From a virus (lineage: Duplodnaviria > Caudoviricetes): 39,712 nucleotides of DNA. The notes below the pieces were generated by a model, which did not search any database, was not told the DNA's origin, and saw only the letters and a program-made list of their open reading frames with translations. The stretch spans positions 1 to 39,712 of IMG/VR virus record IMGVR_UViG_3300050196_000278; one strand, 5' to 3'. The position numbers and the translations under genes were made by a program. This document shows, in pieces, positions 1 to 8,517 of this stretch; positions within the stretch are counted from its first letter, which is position 1; every line of letters begins with the position of its first letter.

Positions 1-613
1 CCAAATCATCATAAACGAAACGATAAATAAATTGAAATAAGGAATTAGCAAGATTGTTTACACTTACATTAAAATCATTCTCATACACTACCTTAATAGG
101 CATTGCAGGTGGTGCTTTAATGACCCTTAAGAAATTTCTTTTTATAGGGTTGTAAGTGTTGGCAATATATCGTGGAATATTTAGTTTAGTTGGACGCTTT
201 AAGCTGTCAATAAAATAAAGCAAATCTCCATCTACTGCATCATTGTAAAGTATATCTATTGATGTTATTGGTTCGTTAGGGTCAAATGCAAGAACGCTGC
301 CTTCTACTACTTTTGTCCAGGAGTTATCTCCATTGAGGATATGAATACTATGCAATCCTAAAGTATTTGCATTGAACACAAAAGTTCTATTTCTTACATC
401 ATCAAAATACCTTCCAATAGTAGTATTAACGCCTGTACTTGGTAAATAAGAATTAGGGATAGGTAATGTCCCTTCGATATTTTCCGCCCTTAAATTACCA
501 ACTGTACCTGTAAAGCGAATGTTTTGAGCATCAATATGATTATTTAATGGCAATACATCCACGGGGTCATCATAATTTAACTCACCTGCAAATGTCTTTA
601 CTTGAACTGCCAT
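1..613 (-). CDS. Tail stabilization/muzzle-like protein, 5' part (runs off window)
   Basis: Manual translation from ATG at 613: MAVQVKTFAGELNYDDPVDVLPLNNHIDAQNIRF...LYFIDSLKRPTKLNI. It follows a ring/tail gene, as in crAss-like tail modules. Confidence 0.6.
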   Translation of the reverse strand, partial: MAVQVKTFAGELNYDDPVDVLPLNNHIDAQNIRFTGTVGNLRAENIEGTLPIPNSYLPSTGVNTTIGRYFDDVRNRTFVFNANTLGLHSIHILNGDNSWTKVVEGSVLAFDPNEPITSIDILYNDAVDGDLLYFIDSLKRPTKLNIPRYIANTYNPIKRNFLRVIKAPPAMPIKVVYENDFNVSVNNLANSLFQFIYRFVYDDL

Positions 614-616
614 TGT

Positions 617-1375
617 TTAATATTTTACTGTTAGACGCTGTATTTCTATTGCTAAACTATATTTTTCTTGTATTCTTATAGGATTGTACCTTGCTATTGC
701 ATTTCGCCTCTCTATGTTAAATTGGTCTTTTCTATCCCTTTTATCTCCTAGATTAAAGTGGCTACTTGCGGGCAAATTAGCTATATCTTTCCAAGCTATA
801 TAGGCTATTAACGCTTCTTTAAATTGAATTGGGATATAAAAATCTGTATTGGATTCAGGTGATGAGACATACTCTAACATCAGGTAATCATATTTAAACC
901 AATTTCCTAAAACAATTACATTGTTTATCAAATCAATTTTAAATGTACCAACTACTGTTTCTCCTGATAGTCCATACAAGTTAGTCATTCCACTTCCATT
1001 ATAGAAATTATACCAAATAGGCAACTTGAATTGATACCCATTTATTAATGAATCATCCTCCGTTTTACCTATTCTATCTGGTAATAAGTCGGCATAAGTG
1101 GTTAGTTTATTATTGTACTTTAACGGGATTATCTCTCCAATACTATTTAATACCCCAATTTTAGTATAATTCAAATAGTCAGGGGGTATATTTACCGTTT
1201 TATTGGCATTTATTGGCAGTTTCACAGACTTGATTGTATAAAAATAATCTAATCCTAATTGTTCCACGCCACGATAAGCGAGTTGCCATAACTTATACTT
1301 ACGGGCATCGGATTGCTCGCTTTCAACTAAAAACGCTGAAACTATGCTATCTATTGAACAATAAGGCGTTTTCAT
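617..1375 (-). CDS. Tail tubular/ring protein (P22 gp4-like), putative
   Basis: 252 aa; IPPDYLNYTKIG and IPIQFKEALIAYIAW motifs; lies just upstream of the muzzle-like gene. Confidence 0.6.
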   Translation of the reverse strand: MKTPYCSIDSIVSAFLVESEQSDARKYKLWQLAYRGVEQLGLDYFYTIKSVKLPINANKTVNIPPDYLNYTKIGVLNSIGEIIPLKYNNKLTTYADLLPDRIGKTEDDSLINGYQFKLPIWYNFYNGSGMTNLYGLSGETVVGTFKIDLINNVIVLGNWFKYDYLMLEYVSSPESNTDFYIPIQFKEALIAYIAWKDIANLPASSHFNLGDKRDRKDQFNIERRNAIARYNPIRIQEKYSLAIEIQRLTVKY

Positions 1376-1377
1376 TG

Positions 1378-1656
1378 TTACCCTTCTTTTGATTGCATTA
1401 AAATACTTGTATCCTTCATTATCAAATATAGTTCACTCTCTTCAACAAATGGCACTCCTGCCCCTTTTATGTAAAATGCAGTATATCCAACTTTGACTGC
1501 CATTGGTCTGTCTTTTATTCCTGCACCTACCGCTATCACTACTCCAATAGACGGCTTCTCTTGTTGGTCTTGCGGTATAGCTATCCCACCTGCCGATTTT
1601 GTCTGCACGGGATTTGGCTTAATTACTACCTGGTCGTATAATGGCTCTTGGTTCAT
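1378..1656 (-). CDS. groES: Co-chaperonin GroES (Cpn10)
   Basis: PLYDQVVIKP, mobile loop KSAGGIAIP, GVVIAVGAG, YLIMKDTSIL. Confidence 0.93.
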   Translation of the reverse strand: MNQEPLYDQVVIKPNPVQTKSAGGIAIPQDQQEKPSIGVVIAVGAGIKDRPMAVKVGYTAFYIKGAGVPFVEESELYLIMKDTSILMQSKEG

Positions 1657-1658
1657 TT

Positions 1659-3263
1659 TTAGTCTTTTACTTTTCTAGCAAATACGCATCCTGTTATCAA
1701 TATCGTTGCAGCTACCGAGGCGGCATTTTGCAAAGAACACCTTAATGCCTTTACGGGGTCAATTATCCCGTCTTTTACCATGTCGCAAATCTTTTCGCTT
1801 AATACATTATACCCGACATTACTATTACTTTTTGCTATTTCAGCAATCATATTATCCCCATCTATGCCAGCATTAGCCAATATTTGCCTGAATGGAGAGG
1901 TGATGCTTTTTAGTATCAAGAACTGTCCCGCTTCATAGCTATTAGAACCCTTCTTAATTGGCAAATCCATTAGTTTCAAAAACGAACATCCGCCACCTAC
2001 TAAATACCCTTCTTCTATCGCTGCCCTTGTTGCAAGTACAGCATCTTCACACCTATCAATCTTTTCATCACACTCCGCTTCGGTAGTTGCACCAACATAC
2101 ATCATAGCGATGCCGCCACTTAGTTTAGCTACCCTGTTTTGCATGTAAGCCTTTTCGTCTGCATCTGATATATCTATTGCTTTTTCGGATAAATCTTTGA
2201 TGTGATTAGCTATTTGAATAGTATCTCCATTTGACCCTATAATTAAGGTCTTGTTTCTCGATATGGTTACTTTTGCTGCACTGCCTAGCATTGATAAATC
2301 TACGGTTTCAAGTTTGATACCTTCTGCCATATTTATAAACCTACCGCCCGTAAGTATTGCCATATCATTCATCGCTTCTACTTTCCGTTCACCAAAAAAT
2401 GGAGATTTTACCGCACACGCAACTATATCCCTATTTTTAACTGCTGCTGCCATAGTAGAAAGAGCCGCCCCATCCAAATCCTCGCAAAATATAAGCAACT
2501 GCCGTCTTTCTGCTAAAACTTTTTCTAATAAGGGCAAAATTTCTTCCATCCTAACTATTTCTTTTTCATAAAACAGGATATATGGATTATTTAATTCACA
2601 CTCACCCTTTGCTAAATTGGTTATAAAATACGGGTGAATATATCCTTGTCTTAATTCAAAGCCTTGCGTTATTTTTATTTCTGTTTTACTAGTTTCGGAA
2701 CGTTCTATTTTTATAATGCCATTCTTGCCTATTTTATTATAAGCATCTGAAATCAACCCGCCAATAACTGCATCATTATTGGCACTTACTGTTGCAATTT
2801 GACGAATAGCATCAATATCGGTATCTATATTAATAGCTGCATCTTTCAATTTGGATACTACCAAATCCGTTGCATACTCCATTCCTTTTTTAATCTCCAT
2901 AGGATTTAACCCGTCAGCAACTAATTCCAATCCACCATTCATTATTTCTTGTAACAAAATAGCGGTTGTTGTTGTAGCATCTCCGACTTCATCTGCTGTT
3001 TTAGCCGAGACTTCCTTTATTAATTCTACCCCAAAATTTTCAATTTGGTCAGTTAATTCAAAGTTTTTCAAAACCGTTACTCCATCCTTTGTTGCTTTTG
3101 GGCGATAAAACTGAATGCCTTGTGCCGTGTGCTTTGCATTGTTATAATAAACAACTCTACCTGCTGCTCCAAGTGTAACTTTTACTGCATTGGCAGCTTG
3201 GTTTATGCCATACGCAATTGTCGAAGTAGCATTCTTGTCAAAAAAAACTTTCGTTTCAATCAT
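1659..3263 (-). CDS. groEL: Chaperonin GroEL (Cpn60)
   Basis: AVKVTLGAAGR, TKDGVTV, GDATTTTAIL, QIATVSANND, ATRAAIEEG, GIIDPVKALRCSLQNAASVA; 534 aa. Confidence 0.97.
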   Translation of the reverse strand: MIETKVFFDKNATSTIAYGINQAANAVKVTLGAAGRVVYYNNAKHTAQGIQFYRPKATKDGVTVLKNFELTDQIENFGVELIKEVSAKTADEVGDATTTTAILLQEIMNGGLELVADGLNPMEIKKGMEYATDLVVSKLKDAAINIDTDIDAIRQIATVSANNDAVIGGLISDAYNKIGKNGIIKIERSETSKTEIKITQGFELRQGYIHPYFITNLAKGECELNNPYILFYEKEIVRMEEILPLLEKVLAERRQLLIFCEDLDGAALSTMAAAVKNRDIVACAVKSPFFGERKVEAMNDMAILTGGRFINMAEGIKLETVDLSMLGSAAKVTISRNKTLIIGSNGDTIQIANHIKDLSEKAIDISDADEKAYMQNRVAKLSGGIAMMYVGATTEAECDEKIDRCEDAVLATRAAIEEGYLVGGGCSFLKLMDLPIKKGSNSYEAGQFLILKSITSPFRQILANAGIDGDNMIAEIAKSNSNVGYNVLSEKICDMVKDGIIDPVKALRCSLQNAASVAATILITGCVFARKVKD

Positions 3264-3271
3264 ATTTATAT

Positions 3272-3901
3272 TTATTTATTATCAGTTCCGTCATTTGCAT
3301 TATCCTTTGGTTGCATTAACTCCGTATTCAATTGCTGAAATACATAATCACTCATCATTTGAAAATACTCGCTTGGTACATTTATTTGGTCACTCAATTT
3401 CGTGCTAGCACTGCTAACCATCCTTACTGTTACAGTATAACCATTTACCTTTAAATTAAGTTTTGGACTATTAAACACCAATAAACTATTCTCATTCCAT
3501 ACGGGGATGCCAAACGGCTGCGGCAGATTATCGTATTGGTTTACTTGGTTTACATTGAGCCATACGCAAGGTTTAGATACGGACACCCCATTAACCAATC
3601 TTATGGATGGCAACGATTCGTTTTTCCCTAATGCTATTGGAATCTCGGGCAACTGGGCTGTAAAATATCCCATTTCAGCACCTACGCTTATTGCTAATCC
3701 ACGAAATGTAGTATAAAATGAGTTATTGATGAAACTAATATCCTCAATCCTCATATTTTCTCCATAGTGCAATTTAGTTGCAATAGCAATAGCATCATTC
3801 AAATAAGAATTAGCAAGATTAGTTGTTACAGATGCCCCGTCAGAAGGCTGTCCATTGTAAAGCCTTCTCAATATTCTTTCTATGAAAAAATCTCTTGTCA
3901 T
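3272..3901 (-). CDS. Virion ring/connector protein, putative
   Basis: 209 aa ORF in the structural operon; C-terminal INVPSEYFQMMSDYV and size fit crAss-like ring proteins (synteny inference). Confidence 0.5.
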   Translation of the reverse strand: MTRDFFIERILRRLYNGQPSDGASVTTNLANSYLNDAIAIATKLHYGENMRIEDISFINNSFYTTFRGLAISVGAEMGYFTAQLPEIPIALGKNESLPSIRLVNGVSVSKPCVWLNVNQVNQYDNLPQPFGIPVWNENSLLVFNSPKLNLKVNGYTVTVRMVSSASTKLSDQINVPSEYFQMMSDYVFQQLNTELMQPKDNANDGTDNK

Positions 3902-4593
3902 TATTGTCCGTTTGCTAAAATTTCAGATGCGTATTGTTGTACCTGTCCTGCCTGTAAATTTACACTTATAATTTTTAACGCTCGGCAAATAATTTCAAAC
4001 ATATCTAAATCGTACCATACAGGGTCGATGCTTGTTTCCTGATTATATATTTCCCTTTCATTGGCATCCAAAGTAAACCCCCATACTATTCTGGGCGGTG
4101 TTTTTACGTAACTCAATAATGCTTGCGAATTTGAAAGCGTTACCCCATTATAGTTTTGATTTGGGTAAAACCTAAAACCTTCATCCTCCAATAAATAAAT
4201 CGGATTACTTTCAACTGGGTCTATGACGCTGTTTAATGTACTATGTAATTGCTGCTGTTGAACAAAACGAATCCTTCCGAAATTATAAATATCCCACATG
4301 CCATCTACTTGCTGAAAATCCAATGGGTAATCCCATGTGCCATCTGCCCTTTCTCCTAATTTGTAACGATAAATAAGAGGGGTTAAAGATTGCCTAACGT
4401 TTCTGTTTTCTCCATACTGTACACGAGGAACAGGGCTTTGATATTTGTACTGCTGAAACTCACCTAATAGATAGCTGCAAAAAGAGTCTTGTGCTTGGTT
4501 TATGATACGCATATATGTATCAGCATCAACATACCCTTTTTGATGTTTGTTTGCGATTATATTTATAATTTCGTAAGGGTCGTTTGCTGTCAC
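3901..4593 (-). CDS. Virion ring/connector protein, putative
   Basis: 230 aa; NKHQKGYVDADTYMRIINQAQ and LSYVKTP...WG; second gene after the capsid gene. Confidence 0.55.
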   Translation of the reverse strand: MTANDPYEIINIIANKHQKGYVDADTYMRIINQAQDSFCSYLLGEFQQYKYQSPVPRVQYGENRNVRQSLTPLIYRYKLGERADGTWDYPLDFQQVDGMWDIYNFGRIRFVQQQQLHSTLNSVIDPVESNPIYLLEDEGFRFYPNQNYNGVTLSNSQALLSYVKTPPRIVWGFTLDANEREIYNQETSIDPVWYDLDMFEIICRALKIISVNLQAGQVQQYASEILANGQ

Positions 4594-4594
4594 C

Positions 4595-5485
4595 TTATAG
4601 TGTTTTTTCTAATTGGTCTTTAAATAAAATTCCATCTTCTGTTGGCAACATAGCCAACTCCACTAAATAATCTGCGGCTTTTTGATTAGAAGGTATTTTA
4701 CAAATAAAACCACCATTACTCCAATGGGCTGTTCCTACTTGCCTGCCTAAATCTATCTTGCCATCACTCAATGCTTTCTTAACTGCAAATGATACGTGAA
4801 CTAATGGGCTTTCTAACGTATCCAAAAACACTTTTGGTTGTTGCTGTGCTTTCAATGCGTAATCTTGCCTTAACAAGTCAACTCCCTTAGTTTGTCCCAT
4901 TTCGTCCGCCAAAGGTACTCCAAGATACCAAGCATGTTTCCTCATTTGAGATTCATCAACAGTAAATGCTTTTTGCATTGCACTTACCATCAATCTTTGA
5001 TTACTCAACTGTTCTTCTGCTTGCTTAGTTGGATTATATTCATAAAATGAAAATTTAGAGCCTCTGTTTGGTTGCTCGCTATCCATATTTGCGGGCAAAT
5101 ACTTAACTGCTTCGATAGCGGTTACGTCATTAGCAAATATAGTACAAGAACTTTGTGTATTGCCATTTCCATCTAAAAAAGAATGAAAAACAAAACTGCG
5201 TCTATTCCTTTTCGCATATTGTTCAGTTACTGTTGTTTGTTCGCTCTGCCAAATAGTATAAACTCCTTTTAAAAGTCTAACTGTGTCGTAGTTTCCCGTT
5301 TTTGGGTTTTTTACATTTTCCGCATATACAGGACAATATACATTGCCTTGCTGCGGATTCATTAACTTCAAAATTACACTCTTCCCCGTTTGCTTTTCGG
5401 CTTCAAATACTGGTCGGTAACTTTGTACTCCGTTGCCATTTGCTCCTCCATTTGGAAGATGTTTTGTCGATACTGACTTTGTCAT
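4595..5485 (-). CDS. Conserved protein immediately downstream of the major capsid gene
   Basis: 296 aa ORF; position matches the post-capsid gene of crAss-like phages. Confidence 0.5.
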   Translation of the reverse strand: MTKSVSTKHLPNGGANGNGVQSYRPVFEAEKQTGKSVILKLMNPQQGNVYCPVYAENVKNPKTGNYDTVRLLKGVYTIWQSEQTTVTEQYAKRNRRSFVFHSFLDGNGNTQSSCTIFANDVTAIEAVKYLPANMDSEQPNRGSKFSFYEYNPTKQAEEQLSNQRLMVSAMQKAFTVDESQMRKHAWYLGVPLADEMGQTKGVDLLRQDYALKAQQQPKVFLDTLESPLVHVSFAVKKALSDGKIDLGRQVGTAHWSNGGFICKIPSNQKAADYLVELAMLPTEDGILFKDQLEKTL

Positions 5486-5500
5486 TGTATTGTTTTTTAT

Positions 5501-5536
5501 AAAATAAAAAGAGGGCAGGAATTTTAGCCCCTGCCC
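5501..5536 (-). terminator. Intrinsic terminator after the major capsid gene
   Basis: GGGCAGG (5513-5519) / CCTGCCC (5530-5536) stem followed on - strand by TCTTTTTATTT. Confidence 0.75.
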
Positions 5537-5547
5537 ATGATTAAATA

Positions 5548-6963
5548 CTAATCAGCTTGTAAAAAAACTGTTTTGTTTGCTGCACAAAGACGAATGCCTT
5601 TGTATGTTGCAATATCCATTTGTGCAGATAGTGTTCCATCAGTAGGGTTTTCAGAACCACCACCCCATTTCCAAAGACGAATACCATTCATTACCGAACC
5701 GCCTGTTGGTGGCTCTTGATACATAACAGTAGCATTGGCATAATCTTGACCATTTTTAGGATCATTAGTTCTACCCATACTATACAAGAAACCGAAATTT
5801 CTAAAGTAATCGGTAGCAGGAGACTTACCTGTGGTAACTTCGGTATTAAGGTCGCTCTTAACTTTCTTTTGTAGCATGTAGCCATTATCCAAAAGCATAC
5901 TGCCAAATCCATAAGCAACACTTGCCTCTTGTGATTTTTCACCTTGTCCCCAAACGAATGCACCTGCTGGAAATTCTTTGAAAATCCCATCGTCAATAGC
6001 ATGAGATTGTTGTAGGTCGCACATCCAAACTACTTGTTTGTCACAGCCATTAACTTCCATAATATCAGTTAATTCATGCAATTTTGGAATATCAATATTA
6101 TTTTGAGAGTATCCCAAAGTAACTGCCCCATTGGCTTTAGCTTGTACATACAACCCCTTAGTACCAATAGAACTGCCCAAACCTGTATTGGTTTGCTCAT
6201 CACCACGTAGCAATTTCCATTCGATTTGATTTTCAAATCTGTCAAGCACATACTTCATACCTTTATAGGTATAAGGATTGATTCCACGAGATGAAAGTTC
6301 AGAACTAACAGGGTACTCGTAGTAAGTATCTGCCATTTGAGCCAAATCGGTATTGCTCCAACTATCGTGAAACTCGGTTACGTTATTATCGAAACGTTGG
6401 TCTAAAGCAACAATTGGGTCTAATGAACCAGATGCTTCCCCTGCATCAGTACCACCACCAAAAATTAATATTTCGCCAGCATCCAAGTTCCCAGAAGGAG
6501 ATGCAAATGCAGTTCCTAGTTTTTTAGGACGAACCGTGAAAGTAAAAGCGTTTGGCGTACTATCGTCAACTGAAAGTATTTTACCTTCTACGTTGTTAGA
6601 CGCAACGTAAACCGCTTCACCTGTACGTAATGGGCTTTCAGTGCCACTGTTGAAATTATCAACAGAAGATAAAGTTACCGTAATAGTACCGCTTGGAGCA
6701 GGAGAGTTCACTTGTGATGCCACTGTAATAGCAATCATCTTCTTTCCCCTTGATTCAAACCAAAAGAAGTTTTTATTTTTTACTGCTTCCATTCCTGCGT
6801 AGGTAGAAAGCCATGTATTCCATTTTTGATTGCCCCATCTTTCGGTATATTTACGATAAAATTGTGGAGATAAAATTTGTTGGTCAACCATCAACTGCCT
6901 ATTTTGTGAAGGCAATGAAATTGCAGATGGTTGTAAAATATTAGAAACTGGTATAGTTGCCAT
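5548..6963 (-). CDS. Major capsid protein (crAss-like, HK97 fold)
   Basis: 471 aa; FFWFESRG, a beta-rich insertion, FENQIEWKLLRG, GTKGLY; follows portal and scaffold-like genes and has its own terminator. Confidence 0.8.
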   Translation of the reverse strand: MATIPVSNILQPSAISLPSQNRQLMVDQQILSPQFYRKYTERWGNQKWNTWLSTYAGMEAVKNKNFFWFESRGKKMIAITVASQVNSPAPSGTITVTLSSVDNFNSGTESPLRTGEAVYVASNNVEGKILSVDDSTPNAFTFTVRPKKLGTAFASPSGNLDAGEILIFGGGTDAGEASGSLDPIVALDQRFDNNVTEFHDSWSNTDLAQMADTYYEYPVSSELSSRGINPYTYKGMKYVLDRFENQIEWKLLRGDEQTNTGLGSSIGTKGLYVQAKANGAVTLGYSQNNIDIPKLHELTDIMEVNGCDKQVVWMCDLQQSHAIDDGIFKEFPAGAFVWGQGEKSQEASVAYGFGSMLLDNGYMLQKKVKSDLNTEVTTGKSPATDYFRNFGFLYSMGRTNDPKNGQDYANATVMYQEPPTGGSVMNGIRLWKWGGGSENPTDGTLSAQMDIATYKGIRLCAANKTVFLQAD

Positions 6964-6989
6964 TGTTTTTAATTTGAAATGTTATTAAA

Positions 6990-8135
6990 TTAGTTACCAT
7001 AAACTGCTGTACCCAATTCTTGCATCAAATCAATTTGTGCTGCTGCCGCTTGTGAAGAACCACCACTACCAGCCCCAAAATCAGTTATATTTTTTTTGGT
7101 TTTGATAAAGTTGTCCTTAAACGAGTTTACTGCATTTTGAGCTATTGCTTGGAAAACTTTATCCCTGTTTTTTAGAAGATAAATATCTTCTTGGGTTGCA
7201 TTTACCTGTGGGTTTCCATCTTTGTCAAACCACCTGTTATACAATAGGTTTTCTTTGTCATAGTTTAGTACATCTGATTTGGATTGCACTCTTTCATCTT
7301 CGGATACTTCATAAACAATTGGTACATCAACTTCCCCGTCTTTGTACGATGTCTTAAAGCCTCCAAAGTTTTTGTAATTGGTTTCTACCTGTGCTTTAAA
7401 ATTGGCTTCAAATTTCGCAGTAGCATCCAATTGTTCTTGTATTTGCTCTTGCGTTGTTTCTGCTGCCTTTGATAATTTAGGTAGTACAACTTGTTCTTTG
7501 TATTTAGATACCGCTACTTTTGCGGCAAATGAATCTCTTTGTATTTTCCTGTTGATACGTTCTACTTGTTCTTTCCACTCGGCTTCTCTTACCTCAAAAT
7601 CGGTTTCTTCTTCGGCAACACCTTGCTCTGGCTTTCTTGGTAGTCTGTAATTTTCTTCATAAACGTCCTGCACATCTTCTTTTGAAAAATGCTTATTATT
7701 ATACTTAATATTCAACTTGATAACATCTTCTGGCGAAAGGTTATCTATTGCAGCAAGTTCTTTTTTTGTCTTGATATAGTCGAATATGCCATCTTCGTTA
7801 CCTGCGTCAATATGCTCGAATAAAGTTTTGCTTTGTTCGTTCTTCCACTCATATTCTCCTAATGGATTTTCTTTGAATTTACGCAACGCTTCAATCTCTT
7901 GCTTTACTGCATCTAAATTGTCAAAACCAAGTTTGTCTTTTATGAATGCAGCCTCATCAAAAACGGGGGCTACTTGTGTATCTATTACTTCGGTAACAGG
8001 TGTCGCAACTTCTACGATTGGTTTTGCTTCGGCAACTACCGCCTGTTCTTCTACTCCAAAAATGGCGTTACCCAAGCCTTGCATTAAATCAACTTGCTTT
8101 ACTTCGGGGGTTTCTACAATTATATCATCTTCCAT
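6990..8135 (-). CDS. Acidic scaffold-like capsid assembly protein
   Basis: 381 aa, E/K-rich and helical, directly upstream of the capsid gene. Confidence 0.55.
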   Translation of the reverse strand: MEDDIIVETPEVKQVDLMQGLGNAIFGVEEQAVVAEAKPIVEVATPVTEVIDTQVAPVFDEAAFIKDKLGFDNLDAVKQEIEALRKFKENPLGEYEWKNEQSKTLFEHIDAGNEDGIFDYIKTKKELAAIDNLSPEDVIKLNIKYNNKHFSKEDVQDVYEENYRLPRKPEQGVAEEETDFEVREAEWKEQVERINRKIQRDSFAAKVAVSKYKEQVVLPKLSKAAETTQEQIQEQLDATAKFEANFKAQVETNYKNFGGFKTSYKDGEVDVPIVYEVSEDERVQSKSDVLNYDKENLLYNRWFDKDGNPQVNATQEDIYLLKNRDKVFQAIAQNAVNSFKDNFIKTKKNITDFGAGSGGSSQAAAAQIDLMQELGTAVYGN

Positions 8136-8169
8136 CTTAACTGTTTTTTAAGCTAATTTTAATTCAAAT

Positions 8170-8505
8170 TTAATAAGGTTTACTTGAAAACACCAAAACT
8201 TTATCTGCGGTTGCCGCAGCACCACCAAATTTTATGTATTTACAGCCTCTTTGTATCTTAAACATACCAGCAGCAGCAATGCTTGTAACTACTGCGGCGG
8301 AAGCCAAATTGATTGCTTGTATTGCGGTAAAATTTGTCGTTGCAGAAGAACTATTTCCTGTTCCTTCATCATTAGTGCCTGTTATATTTATTGTTCCCGA
8401 TGGATTAACGAACTGTACTGTAACATATTCCCATAGGGCTACATCAAGCACAAATTGATTGTTCTTTTTAAATTCGATGGTTACATCTGTTGTTGCCGTT
8501 GTCAT
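8170..8505 (-). CDS. Small beta-rich protein, possibly virion decoration
   Basis: 111 aa T/A/G-rich ORF between portal and scaffold-like genes. Confidence 0.45.
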   Translation of the reverse strand: MTTATTDVTIEFKKNNQFVLDVALWEYVTVQFVNPSGTINITGTNDEGTGNSSSATTNFTAIQAINLASAAVVTSIAAAGMFKIQRGCKYIKFGGAAATADKVLVFSSKPY

Positions 8506-8517
8506 GTCTATTTATTT

